Shown here: positions 15,909 to 29,200 of the stretch, piece by piece
How positions within the stretch are numbered: the first letter of the stretch is position 1
Layout: the number at the start of each line of letters is the position of its first letter
Assembly: GCA_030688365.1 (NCBI GenBank)
Contig: JAUYIE010000003.1
Span: 30,417 to 94,416 of the forward strand
Reading direction: 5' to 3'
Length of the DNA stretch: 64,000 nucleotides
Origin: a bacterium
GTDB lineage: Bacteria > Patescibacteriota > Patescibacteriia > JACQRZ01
Translations under genes and position numbers: made by a program
Notes under the pieces: generated by a model
What the model saw: only the letters and a program-made list of their open reading frames with translations
Told to the model about the DNA's origin: nothing
Databases searched by the model: none

Positions 15909-18698
15909 TTAGGTTTCATCATCATCATCTACTGGTTCTGTAGCACCGCCATCTTCTGTGCTATCACCAAGATAATACGAATCAAAGTCTCTTCCGGATC
16001 GTTCGCTAACCACTTTTTGGATTGCTTTAGCAAATTTCACATTACTATTTGTTCCTGGTTTTGCGTTATCTTGACCCTCTTTAATCGTCGCTCGTCTGTT
16101 ATCCTTACCTGTCGTCCTCATCACCGCACGAAGAATAATACGCATAGACGGTTTGCTGTGTTTGCTGTCCATCTTATGTACTTCATTTAACATATCAGGC
16201 TTGTTCGCAATGGCTTCCAAGATCGCTTTGGCATACTCATTGTCATAATTATTGGCCTCAAAGCGTTTTTTATCGGTTTTTTCAATCAATTTTTTACCAT
16301 CTTTTCCCGCAAGGATTTCCTTAAACGTCGCGAGATTGACTGCTGCTTCGTTTGGATCTGACCCAAAACTCCCATCCTCCTCACACCCAAACGCCGCCTT
16401 CCACCCTTGATCTAACTGATCTTGTTTGGTAGTATTTACTGTTTCTATAAGTGTCTTGGCATACGTACTAAAATACTTATTATATGTTCCTTTCTTTTTG
16501 TTAATACCTGTTCCGCTTTTGATGTCAAGCTTTTGTAGCTTTTGATCTCCGTTTTTGTCAGTAATCATTCTCCCTTTTGTTCTAAAATTTCCGATTCCGT
16601 TTATCATGCTTTCATAACACGCTTTAGCTCGTGGTGTATTTTTAAGAAGTGCGGTATCAAATCTTGACTCATCTACTATGGCAAACGCGGCTTCACCAAA
16701 CTCATCGTCACTCACACCACCAATCATACCTCTGATGGCGTCAGCATTTTGATTATTCGGGTCAAGACTGCCATCTTTATATGCTTCAATACGTTGTTCT
16801 AAAGTCATACCAAACTGCGTATGTTCTCTGCCGATAGTGGACACAAACGCACTTTTCAATTTTTCATCTCCGGTTCCTTTTAATACTGCCAGGTCTTTAG
16901 CTATTTCTGCTGAACTCCCATATTTACCTTTTTTTGCATACGCAAGAATAGCACCATGTCGTTGTGCCGCAGTAAGTGAAGGATCATATCTTCTTTTGGC
17001 AAGATCTTCGGCAGAACGGTTGCCATCATTTTTTTCTTCCTCTGCCGCTTCATCGTATTGGTAATATTTAGCAGCATTTGATAAGTCTCGTGCACCAGTT
17101 TGCGCAAAACCACTGATCTCATTGCCATATATTCCTGCTGCTACCAAGGGATTCATACTGGCAGCCGACGCTACAAATTTTCCTGCTTCCATCCCATATC
17201 CAGCACCAGATACTGCAGCTCTTTTTGTTTGTAACCACTTTATTTTCCAATATTGTTTGTTCTTTTCTTTTTCATTCCCCTCTTGTTGCGCTTTCTTAAG
17301 TTCTCTTTCTGCTGCCTCTATTTCTGTTGTATAACCAGCTTTTATATTTGTGCGTCCATTTTTGGTTAACACGCCAGCACCGACAGCTTCCGCCCCCTTT
17401 GCAAGCAATTCACCCGGTTTTGCAGCCAAGTTGGCTCCCTTCTCTGCCACCCATCCAATACCAGCCGTAACTCGTTGTGCGTCACGATTTACACCTTTTT
17501 TGCGTGCTTGTTCAAGATTATTCCACACTGCAGCACCTCTATCTCGTGCCCAGCGCATTGGTGAAGGCACAGGAGATTTTCCTTTTGCCCAGTTCATAAT
17601 AGCGCCACTTGCCGCGCCTGCCATCTTCCCCCCTCCGGCTCCCAATTCACTTGCCGCCATCAATGTCGCAACCAACATGCCAATACCCAAGAAATACCCG
17701 ATCACCCCCTGATACGTGCCGATTTCCGTACCGCCGGCATTTAAGCCATCCGGTATACCTTCTTCATTGACGTCTTGGCTTGAAAGCAATCCTGCCGTCG
17801 TTGTCTTGTTGATATCAGTTACCCCATTATTGACTTGCGAAACGACTGCCAAAGAAAGCCACAGAAAAAATGCGGCAACCGGCCCTAACAATACAAGATT
17901 GATAAAACTCTCCCACCATTTCTTTGCGTATTCCTGCCCGCGAGGAACCACATTGAGCATAAACGCCCAGGGTGAAAGCACGACAAGAAACCATAGACCG
18001 ATAATACGCATGATAAAAAACATTGTAAGAGTACTCACCACTATCAACGCAACAAGAATAAACACGAGTGCCAATATAAACGAATATGCATTCCCTTGAA
18101 ACTTGTCAGTATCACCCAGTCCGACAATGGCCATAAATTTTGGAACACCAAGAAGGGTAGCAAAGTTCCCCCCTCCCGCAGATGAAAAAGCAGCAACGAA
18201 CGTATTCATTATGACCTGCGACACATCAATCACAAATCCAGCAATTGTCTTAGAAAAATTTACCAATATCGCCGCCATGATAAACGCCGGCAACATTGTC
18301 CTGTAACTATATTTTTCCTGTTGCAATATGGTACCAATAGCGATAGCAAGTAATAAAAATACAAAAAACATATTTGCCATATCACGCATCACTATCCATC
18401 CAAGCGTCGCGGCTGGTGAAGAAATAAAATCATTATATTGCGCAACGCGTAGCAACACTTGTATGACCACCAAAAGCAAACGACCAAACAACAGCGATAA
18501 TCCGCCTGCAACAACACCGACTGTCATTTCGGCGGTATTTGTCGCGGCCGTACCTAGCCAACCCCAGATATTTGCCGCAGCAAACGTTCCTTGAGATATA
18601 CTAAAAATACCGACTCCAATAGCAAAAAATACCCCTAGCACGAGCCAGTGTGAAAAAAGCGACTTTGAGAGCCGTTTGCACACGTCTTTGAACTTCAT
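15909..18698 (-). CDS. VirB6/TrbL-like polytopic membrane protein with a long C-terminal extension
   Basis: GWIVMRDMANMFF, LVNFSKTIAGFVID, RIIGLWFLVVLSPWAF, KKWW; multiple TM helices followed by a Gly/Ala-rich tail. Confidence 0.8.
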   Translation of the reverse strand: MKFKDVCKRLSKSLFSHWLVLGVFFAIGVGIFSISQGTFAAANIWGWLGTAATNTAEMTVGVVAGGLSLLFGRLLLVVIQVLLRVAQYNDFISSPAATLGWIVMRDMANMFFVFLLLAIAIGTILQQEKYSYRTMLPAFIMAAILVNFSKTIAGFVIDVSQVIMNTFVAAFSSAGGGNFATLLGVPKFMAIVGLGDTDKFQGNAYSFILALVFILVALIVVSTLTMFFIMRIIGLWFLVVLSPWAFMLNVVPRGQEYAKKWWESFINLVLLGPVAAFFLWLSLAVVSQVNNGVTDINKTTTAGLLSSQDVNEEGIPDGLNAGGTEIGTYQGVIGYFLGIGMLVATLMAASELGAGGGKMAGAASGAIMNWAKGKSPVPSPMRWARDRGAAVWNNLEQARKKGVNRDAQRVTAGIGWVAEKGANLAAKPGELLAKGAEAVGAGVLTKNGRTNIKAGYTTEIEAAERELKKAQQEGNEKEKNKQYWKIKWLQTKRAAVSGAGYGMEAGKFVASAASMNPLVAAGIYGNEISGFAQTGARDLSNAAKYYQYDEAAEEEKNDGNRSAEDLAKRRYDPSLTAAQRHGAILAYAKKGKYGSSAEIAKDLAVLKGTGDEKLKSAFVSTIGREHTQFGMTLEQRIEAYKDGSLDPNNQNADAIRGMIGGVSDDEFGEAAFAIVDESRFDTALLKNTPRAKACYESMINGIGNFRTKGRMITDKNGDQKLQKLDIKSGTGINKKKGTYNKYFSTYAKTLIETVNTTKQDQLDQGWKAAFGCEEDGSFGSDPNEAAVNLATFKEILAGKDGKKLIEKTDKKRFEANNYDNEYAKAILEAIANKPDMLNEVHKMDSKHSKPSMRIILRAVMRTTGKDNRRATIKEGQDNAKPGTNSNVKFAKAIQKVVSERSGRDFDSYYLGDSTEDGGATEPVDDDDET

Positions 18699-18828
18699 TG
18701 CATCTGTATATTTATACCTTCAGTATACCAAAATATAAAAATACCCACAATGGATATATGAAATATCGCTTGTTTTTTTCTCTATTATTGGTATCCTAGG
18801 GGTATATTACAGTTATGGAGGTAACCAG

Positions 18829-20175
18829 ATGAGTCAAGTTAACAGTAAGGACTGGATTGGGAAGGTCTTTACAATTTTTTTCGCTATGAGCATCATAGCA
18901 ACTTTGAGTGCTTGTGCCCCTGTCGGCACGAACACGGATACACTTTCTCAATCGCTTATTACAACAAACGATTCTGTTCAAACGACAGGAAATACGAATG
19001 ACAGCATACAGACACCTTCTACACCTACCGTTCCTACATCTACTACAAATTCTTCTACCACTACCACAGGAAGAGACCCGGCATTTATGGCGTTATTGGA
19101 TCATCCTGGCATTTCACCAGACGACATAGATCCAATATATGCAAAGAGTGATCGGTATTCGGGACCACCAAAAACCAGTCCGCCGTTGATAAGGACTCTT
19201 GGTCTTCAACTGGCGAAAGAGTTACAAAACAGACTATTGGACAAATGGGGGGATATTGGACCCTTCTGTATATGCCCAAAAGAAGGAAGCTATTATTGTA
19301 GGTCAGATGATGATACACTCACTATATCAGCGATTGAGAGCAGTAAAACACCATATTTACCAGACAGAACCAATTGGTTTTTTTATAAAGAACCGGGTGG
19401 TGAAATGAAAAACACGATCGTTACATTTACGAAGGATCAAAAGGGTGATGAGATCGCTACGCCAATATACGACTTAGATAAAAAAGTATCAGAGTTACCT
19501 TTTGTATTGCGTCGAGACCGATTCTATAGTTATTTTCTAACATATAATAAAGGTACAGAGTATAGTCTTTCAAATAACTACTGCATGATTCAAATGACGC
19601 CGCAAGACACACGCCATGTGTTTCGGATGTATCCGCTTGTAAAAAATGCATGGTCGCTGTTTGTCGCATTGAAAAAATATTTTAATGAGGTGACGACATT
19701 TCCAGCGCTCGATCCAGAGATCACAAACATTCCAGATCCGAATTGTGGAGATGAATATTCCGTCAGCACTGTGATGGAAAGTAAATATCTACAAGTAATG
19801 TTGAATACAATGGCCGTCAAAAAGCCATTAAGTTCCCAGGATATTTCGGGAACATATGATATTCAAGTCCAAAAAGGCGATCCACCTACAACCTACACAG
19901 GAAAAAGGTGGATTAAGAAATTCTGTCTTGTGCCTGGTATTTTTCTTACGAAACACTCGGGACAGTCTCAAATAGAGCGACCTAGATTTGAGGTAGTTAC
20001 AAAAGATGGCCAAATTCAAGATATTTATGATTATTTAGAGATAGTGAATTTGAAACAGTACACGGAAGTAGCCACTAAAATAAGTGATACTCCTTTGGAT
20101 AGTATTTTTGAAGGAACAGTAGATTACGCAACAATTTGGAGCTATACTCGTTATTTTTCCCAGGTTGTAAATTAA
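18829..20175 (+). CDS. predicted lipoprotein of unknown function
   Basis: Lipobox LSAC, Thr/Pro linker, SD GGAGGT at 18817-18822. Confidence 0.75.
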   Translation: MSQVNSKDWIGKVFTIFFAMSIIATLSACAPVGTNTDTLSQSLITTNDSVQTTGNTNDSIQTPSTPTVPTSTTNSSTTTTGRDPAFMALLDHPGISPDDIDPIYAKSDRYSGPPKTSPPLIRTLGLQLAKELQNRLLDKWGDIGPFCICPKEGSYYCRSDDDTLTISAIESSKTPYLPDRTNWFFYKEPGGEMKNTIVTFTKDQKGDEIATPIYDLDKKVSELPFVLRRDRFYSYFLTYNKGTEYSLSNNYCMIQMTPQDTRHVFRMYPLVKNAWSLFVALKKYFNEVTTFPALDPEITNIPDPNCGDEYSVSTVMESKYLQVMLNTMAVKKPLSSQDISGTYDIQVQKGDPPTTYTGKRWIKKFCLVPGIFLTKHSGQSQIERPRFEVVTKDGQIQDIYDYLEIVNLKQYTEVATKISDTPLDSIFEGTVDYATIWSYTRYFSQVVN

Positions 20176-20199
20176 AAGTTTTAATTATTGTGACAACAC

Positions 20200-20235
20200 C
20201 TGCTATATTAAATATGAAAATATAGCAGTTTTTTA
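20200..20235. terminator. hairpin terminator between convergent genes
   Basis: ctgctatatt...aatatagcag followed by a T-run. Confidence 0.55.
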
Positions 20236-23200
20236 TTGTACTATTTCACATGTCTCCACGTTTTTGGCTCCCCAGTTGTCAGCAATCTCCACACAAATAC
20301 GTTTGCCTTTGGCGCGATCGTTAAAATATGTATGGACAAACTGATGTTCACCGTGCGGAGCTAAGAAAGATGTATAGTTGTTTTGCGATAGCAATGCCGT
20401 CAGTGGACGATCATTATCACTATAATACACTGACTGTTTACCATGACCATCATCCCAATCAATGGATATCATACGCAAAGGTTTTTGTTGATCGTCTACT
20501 GAACTATTGAAATGAATCTCAACAGTTTTTCCGTTTGGCTTGGAAACAATACTAAAACCATCAACAACACTTGTCTTTGCACCATTTGCGCGCAGTACAC
20601 GGGGTTGCACAGCACATCTTCCGGCTTTTCTTTCGATAGTATCCGTAACTGTTTGTGTGCCGTTTAGATTTTTTGTAGCTGCACAATATGCATTGGTAGG
20701 GGGCGTATAGAGAGGAGAATCTCCAATCTGGATATATTTTTTATATGTTGTATCCCAGTGCCACTCTGTATACCCTGTTGCAAAATACTTTTTGAGAAGC
20801 GCTGTACCATTACCATTCCGCTCGCTCAATTCTGCTGCACGTGAACCAAAACACTTCCCCTCCGAACTGCAATCAGAAGTTGTCGTACATATTTGGCCAT
20901 TGCGTGAACCCCCAAGACAGATAGAACTTGCTCTACGTATTGCTTCTACCGACAACGACTGCGCATGTGCGATAGACAAGTCATCGTCGTTAATAATATC
21001 TATTGGTTGTGCCCATTGTTCCGGTTTACTTGTCGGTGGAATCAAAGACATATACTTTGAAATCTCACCAGAAGAAGACAGCACACCTGGAGGATCTTCA
21101 TATTCAATAAAGGGCGCACCTGAACGATCTTTCGGTGTGGTTGGATCCGCAAGTTTTGACTGCCACGGTACTGCTTCACCGTCCTCTTTTACAACCTGCA
21201 CAATATTCGTACAATAGTCCCTTACGTAAATAGTAATAGACACGAACATATCCATCATCTGTCTGTCGTCCCAATTCCATGTGGAATCATCACAATATCT
21301 CCATTGCCAATATTGGATAGTTCCGTCCGGTGCGGGTACCGGCTTTATGCCTATAAAATCACGTCCGATACCACCGCTCGTTTGTGCCTGACATCCGGCG
21401 CCAAAAACTGTATCAGGAGTTACATCTGTAGCTTGCGCGCTGGCGGCCACCATCGTAAATTCTGTTTTCGCGGTTGTAGAAATCACCGGTGGTGGAGCCA
21501 ACCTTCTCAACTCCCTGTACTGTGCATAATCGGGCTTCGGTAGTGCAGTTAATATTGGTCGCGCATCCTTACCGGTAAATGCCCATCCATCCTCATTAAT
21601 AGTTCCACTGCCCCCACCATATGTAACGGTAACAAAGTAAGGACCCTCACCTATACGAGGCATGTATGTTTTGGTCCAATCTTGTCCGGGAAGTGTGTTA
21701 CGAGTACGATGTTCTATCGTATAATCTATTTGCGTGATTTGATCCATGTTTATACTTTTTTCAAAGGCATTGGCTGGTGTTAATTTCATACCAGTATCTG
21801 CGTGTTCTTTTGCACCATCGCTAAGAATCAGCACTGAATCATCAGTTGATACGTTCAATCCGCTTCTTAATTGTGTGTTAGGCTCCACATCAGAATAAAT
21901 GTTGGTGACCGACGCTATACTGACCAACGTTTGTGAAGATAATGCACCAGGTTGTCCAAGGTCAAGTATGACTTCTATTTCTTTTGCTGATTCACCCTCA
22001 ACTGGTGTCGTTGCAAACAACTTTATCACCGCCTTGTATGTTCCCCCTGACGGAGTAAATTGTGTAACTTCAGGAACAATACTCAATCCCAAAGGTGTGC
22101 CTGACATACCTGCAGCAGGTGAAAATGATAGCCACTGGAGATCGCCCGTCCCACCTCGAGATATTGTTTGGATAGATTTTAATTCTGCACGCCAGTGGTA
22201 GACTGTCTCACGTGGAATCGATCCAATGATAATCTGCTTTCCATGGCGAATATCTCCTGATGTCATAGTGATACTGGAAGGTATATCCATTGCCGGCCGA
22301 ACAACCAATGAAACAGGAATTATTGATTGCAAGGATGTTTCTACAGGTGGTGAATCAGAGGTTGGAAAACAACCGCTTGCTGTGTGAGTAGTTGTCGTAA
22401 CTTGTTGTCCTTTGACCACAACAGAACCTTGATATGGTGCAAGTTTGAAAGAAGTATTTTTTGGATCCGAAATATCTGTAACGAGAAATTTATCCTTGAT
22501 GTCTTGGGGGTGGATGAGCTCCGTCTGCACCGCTAATGGATCGTAAGAAGATATGCATGTAGATCCGCCATTAAAAATAGCTCCATAACATTTATTAACT
22601 ATATCACCACCATCACCGCTGACAATACGAGTCGGTGCTGCATCCTCGCTTGTTCCAACTCCGCTTTCTTTTTCTTTAAGCCACGACATGTATGAAGATG
22701 TATCAGTTGTAGGACGTGGACAGTTAATACCTCCTCCACAATACGGAGCCGGACTATTGGAAGATGTCACTGAATCAATACCTAAAGATGTACCAGTGAA
22801 ATCTCGCGTCGTAACCGTTGTGGTAGTCCGACAACATGGCGGGGTGTCATCCGAACCGGGTGAGCATGTTTCAAATGTTTTTATCACCTTACCATATCCT
22901 AGTGGTACCTTATTTGATTTAGGATCATTCCCTTCCACTGTATTCATTAGAGAAAGTGAGAGTGTTTTTGAAAGATTCACTGAATAATTTTTAGGAACAT
23001 ATTGCGTTTCCGGGATACCAACATCAGTACGGAGTTTTTGATGTGGTTGAACAAGATCGTTATTGCAAAGTGGCAATGTCGCAGTTACTTTCGTTTTGTC
23101 AGTCGTACAATTGGTCGCTACCGGTGTCTTAAAAAGATCAGGCACGTCAATGTAGAGCATCTCACTCTTACTAACTCTTTGTTCCGTAACATTTTTTACA

Positions 23201-26200
23201 ACGATATAATACTGTATACCACTCACGGTGTTGGTGCCTGTCGCATTAGATGCTGAAGGAATCGTTATCTGAAAATTTTGATCACAATTCATTTCTTCCT
23301 TAAACTTATAATCAAAACTTTCAAATTTTTGATTAAATTTCCCTTCCGGGATACCGTGCCAAATACCGTCACCCAGGTAATTATACACCACCCGTAAGGT
23401 ATATTTACCTGCTTTATCAGCACATAATGAAGGAGAACTCTTCTGTCCATCAATAATGATACCAATCGGAGTATGGGCATCATAAATAGGTGACATACCA
23501 TCTCTCAAATGGTTTTCCTCATCAACACGATCTTCATTGAGATTTTTACTTAAATTGGTATACCACACTTTTGCAAAGAAAGTATCTTGCACTGGAGAGT
23601 CATCACGCGAAAATTCCGGCGCAATAGTTGGTGTAGCTGTTGGTGTTTCTGTTGGTGTCTCATCTTCAGCGGACAAATCAAGAGTAACTTTGACAGTCTT
23701 GTATGTTTCACCACCCCATACTCCTTCCAGAGGACCCACAGCATAGACATTGACATAGCCCACGACATCTCTATTAATAAATCCCAAAATATCCGATCGT
23801 ATCCCTATCTTCAGAGAGTCACCATCTTTTCCACTATCTTGTGATAATACAATCCAATCACTCACAAAACCGGCCCCCACAGATATTTTACCCGTCCGCG
23901 CTGTATCAACGACCGCTCGCCATTGAAGTTGCTCCGGATGATTTTGTTGTGTTGGATGATCTGTTGTACTAGACACTTTCACACTGCGTGTTTCATTGGC
24001 AAGTGCCTGATTATAATTAAATGTTACATTCTCCGTTGAAACAGAAAGCGCGGGTTTTATCACCTGGTACTCCTTACCTGATACAGCCGCGATGCGATAC
24101 GTAGGCAATCTCTCCGACAAATTTTGTGCAATATGTTCAAAGACGCGTGCGGTATTTGAAAATGCCAGCTTAAGTGAATTCATAATGGAATCCACAAAGA
24201 CAAATGTCTTATGTATACCGCTATCTGCTGTGTATCCCTCTACAAGTAATGTAAACGGCTTACTTATCGGCTTTGTCCCTCCTTCAAAAGTACAATATAC
24301 ATAAGGGTGCTGATATGCAGGTATCAGATGATCATTTACAGAGTTTGATTGTGTTCTTTCTTTCACTGCTTTTACCTTAAATTCAATATAGTTTTGAGAA
24401 TTCGCCTTAGCGACATATGTCTTATCCGCCTCATACTGTGAATATGAGCGACTGGTATCCAAAACCCCAAAAGTATCTAAATGTTCATACTGCTTCACCA
24501 AATAGTCCTCATCAGGATTTGTTGTAGTATCATCCAAGCCACATGTCACACTCGTCCCCGAAGGTACATTGGTAACACGCACCAGCTGTGCAGCACCTTC
24601 TTTTGTAGCAACCAACGTATTATCGCCATTTTCAGTGAGTTGGCCGGTCCTCCCGCCAAATAAAATCTTTGCTTGTGAAGATATCGTTTGACCCCCTGAT
24701 GTATATGGTTCATCTACTAATTCAAACTCCGCATTTACTGCCGGCATAGCCACACCGTTAAGTTTACAAGTAATCACAGCTGATCCTATACGTGCTTGCG
24801 CACCACTCTTTGCACTCGCATATAATGGCATACCGTTTTCTTTTATATCAGCACTAAAGGCAAGCTGACTCAATATAGTAGTAGGTACACCTCCCGTATC
24901 GCATCTAAGCTTATATGCTTCTAATTCAGTATTATTAAATAATACGTCATGTTCACCACCTTTATATACAAGTACTTGCCCCCATGTACCGTAGGCGAGC
25001 GTCCCAGAAAGATATGTCGGTACATGTACGGGAGATGTCCTGGTGGTCGCATCAACAACTTTTATATGCGCACCCTGGGCAATCAAATCATCGGCATTGA
25101 TTGCATTACTAATATCAAATGCAGTGTCGCGTAGTTGCATGGTTGGCCAGTTTATATCCTTGAAACGGAATATAGAGGTGTCTCGTGTTTTCACACCATA
25201 CCCAGTGATGACGTCTGTTGAAGCGGGAACATACGGGGTCATACCTTGTGCACCACCCTTGCTTTGGACACAGTAATACAACGGTTTAGGACCTTGATAT
25301 GCCGGTAATGCATTTTGTCCTTCCAGCACATTCACTTGACCTTGAATATACGAGACGGGATACCAGTTGAGGCAGTATCCTTGATATCCGGCATCGTGCA
25401 CATTATTTATTTTACTCTGGAACAGACTGTTATTCTTTGGATACGATTCTAAACAATACCCATACAATCCATTTTGACGATCAAGATTTTTATCTTGATA
25501 ATAACATGCATCTACCGGAATGGCTTTGGATGACACTGCTTCTCCGGACGCATTATATCCCTGCAAAACATTCCATGACCGTTGTGTCGCATCTGGCGCG
25601 TCCTTTTGTGGATACAAACGACATGAATTTCTAATCCAATCATCATTGTTCCACCCAGTGATCAAGCTGTTCACTAGACGTCCTCCTTGATCTTTGGAAG
25701 CGTCTGCTTCAGATTTCTCATCCCATGCAAACGTACTATCATGTCCACCGGTTACAGTAAACGAGTCATTACCAGAAAGCGCGGGGAAAACAAAATTGGG
25801 TCGAGCAATACCCGAAAGAGTTCGTGCGACAGCCACACCTCCTCTAGAATACTCACCAAGTAAGGCCGAATCGCGAACATACGGCGGGTTATAAAATTCC
25901 GCACATGGTTCATCAGTGCTTCCCCATTCATCACAAGGACGACGTTCAAGACATATTTCTTGTGATTTAGTGGAATCTTTCAGATCAGGAACAACAATAG
26001 ACGAAGTACATGCAAGCCACACCTTACACTGACGATTCAAACCTACCTGATACAACGCGTTCGCGTCCTGTGCTGATCCTCCTGCGAGGAGGTTGATACC
26101 ACCTTCTGGATCTTTGGTTGGATCGTTGTAAATATCATGGGATGTATACACATCTTTCCCTTTTTCTGCCAAAGGATCATGAAAGAGTAAACATCCCACC

Positions 26201-29200
26201 GCAGGGTTCACTTTAGAGCAGGTGTCACCTCCGATTTTGTTTGGCGCTGTTTTTATATAATATGCAGATTGACATGCGCTTTTTCCTCCACCTCCTTGAC
26301 CGTAGTTATCACGCAATGATCCATCGTTCTGACATTCAGGATCAATAATGGCGCGACAATTATTTTCTGATTGCGGACAAAGCGCGGTCATGCCACTTTG
26401 GACAACAGGGATATCTCTAGCTGGCGTTTGATTACAATCAACGATACCCTCACTCTCGTCTTCAAGGATCCAACCCGGATTACGCCCACTGTCACCTTTG
26501 GACCATTTGCACAATTTAGTGCCTGGATCTTTAAAGTAATATAATGATTTAGTAGCAGGATCTTGATATTCACTACATCCTACTTCTGTTGATTGACACT
26601 GTGCTGCCTTTGTATCCTCATGACTTGGATCAAACTTATAATATACTGTTTTCCACTTCTCCTTAGCTTCGCCGATTTCAACACCTGTCTCTTGTACCTT
26701 TCCATTAGAATCTAAAGATGGAATACCAAATGCAGTACACGATTGCGCATTTTTACTACACCGCTTGTCGAGATCAGGTACAAAATATTGCGTATATGCC
26801 GTTCCATTAGCGGGATGTACGGTAAACTTGTCACATCCGACGAATTCCATTTTGCAAGATTCATCCAATGTCGTGAACGCCACCGGCTTTCCTTTTGTAT
26901 CGCTATACAACCTACATCCAAGCTGTGCTCCCAGCCGTGTTTTATCAATCGCGGCAGTACACGATGATGGCACGTTGAGTTTTGTGTCAATAGCATATAC
27001 AACATCTTGCACTTCACTCACAATCACATCATCAATGAAAAACTCGCCACTATCATGCGTGATATGCAAAACAGCCACAAAAGAATCAGCAGTCGTGTGT
27101 ATGTTTGGCAATGCAAATCTTACCCGCTCCCAATCATCGTCTTGGGTATTCAAGAGAAACTCGCCTAACCCATATGAGCCAGAGAGCTCTGGCGAGGATA
27201 GTGATGCGGATACTGTCGCATTGGACGCGCCTTTTACATAAAAAGTTACGATATAACCATACCCGTTATGCAACATTACATTACCATGAGATATTTCAAT
27301 GTCGTCACTTGTTTTCTTCTCAACACGCAGACTGTCACTGTCAGCGACCAGACCACTACTTGATGGCGAAAGTTTACCTGTACTACTCTGCCAACCACCT
27401 ATCGTACCGTCTTCAAAGGTAGATATCAGTCCGGTCGCGATATTACCTGAACGCGTCCCCTCAAAACGACGACATCCTATTGCACTCGGAGAACACGAAA
27501 TGCTGTGCGATGGAGATATCACATATTCCGCGCCTCCCGTTGTACGTCTCATTTCACTACAATCATCTGTCTGATATACGATTAACGCGGGATCTCTATA
27601 AAACGCGTATCCATCACGATTGATATATTCACGGCAAGAAAAAGTATTGGTAAGCGGATTGTCCCGCTGCTCGGAAAATGTTGATTGATCACACTCGCAG
27701 TCAGACGCCCTGTCCGGATCCTTTGGATCTGGCGCACACACAGGCGCATCATTTGCATCTGTCTTTAGATTGACGACAGACAACTTAAATCCACTCGTAT
27801 CTGATCCATACCATGAATAGAATGGCGTTGGCTCTGCCGGAGTTTTTTCACATGCTTGGACGGTGCTGAAATACTGTTTCGTTTCATTGGACAGGTTGGT
27901 AAACTCTGCGCATCCATCCGCTTGTGCAGAACATTGTCGTGCTTTTTCAGGAATAAAAGCCACTGAATGCTCGCTACTATCAAATTGATTGGCGATTTTT
28001 GTATATACTTGAAGACCCGCACATGATGATTCACACTCTTGCGGATTTTTACCGGCTCGGTCTTCTCCCCCATCGTCAGAACTATAATATTCGCATCCTT
28101 GATAGTCTTCTGTACATTGTGTGACAAATTGTTTACATGCTGTTGAGTCAAATCCGTCTTGTTCAAAACCGCATTGGAGGGTGACTGGCGCAATTTTGTA
28201 ATAATCATCTTTATTGCTCCTATCATTGGTAACCAATTGACATCCTTCATCTGACTGATCACACTCTAACGCACCGACTTTTGAATTGAAATATTCTTTC
28301 TCGTCAGTATCAGGAAGATTTGGTTTATATACCCACGGATGGACAGAATCTGTGCTGCGTGTATTGCTATATACCTGACATCCCTTATTTTCATTGGTAC
28401 AGATGGATCCCCCCGAATTACTAAACGCAGGAATAGTAGAAGTAAGCGCGGTTAGTGTAGTACCTTTGTTTGTATTAACAAATGATCTACACGAATCAAA
28501 TTGTTTGTCACAGTTTTCTGCATCAAACTGCCAACTTGGTTGCTCTTGGATACAATATCCATATCGGCCTTGCACACAATTTCCATTCCCATCACTTTGT
28601 AGACATGTTTGTTCATCAACACATGTGTCTTGACGACTCATTTGCGGAACTCTGACATCATATTGGTTATTATTGCCACTCTGAAAATCACTACCACAAT
28701 CAATAACACCGTCTCCATTTGTATCAAATATACACTCAACATCGTTGTCAGTTAAAGCGTTTTCCGGACCATATCCCTCTAACGCGCATCGTGTTGGAGG
28801 CAACTGTAAAATCCATGTATCATCCACTAACCCAAAAAAAGGAGAATCTTCGTCATTAAATCCATCAATCATATCACCCAGCGTACAGCTTTTTGCCTTG
28901 GTTCCATTATCACAAACCGTCGGATATTTTTTGATATACAACGCTGCGTATTCCCACGTAACAGGAATGATACGGTATTTTCGCAGGACTACGAGAGAAT
29001 CATACGGAAGATTCTCCTTTGGGCTGGGTTGAGCTGAGTTACTTTGAAAACCAAACAAATCTGACGTATGCAAGTATCCTTTGCGTATAGCACTTCGGAC
29101 AGTCATACCGGTCTGTAATGCCGTTGCCATACCATCACTCATGACGCGCGCGTCCGGATTACCTATTGTCGGTTCTGCCGACAGACGACTCATCAAGTCA

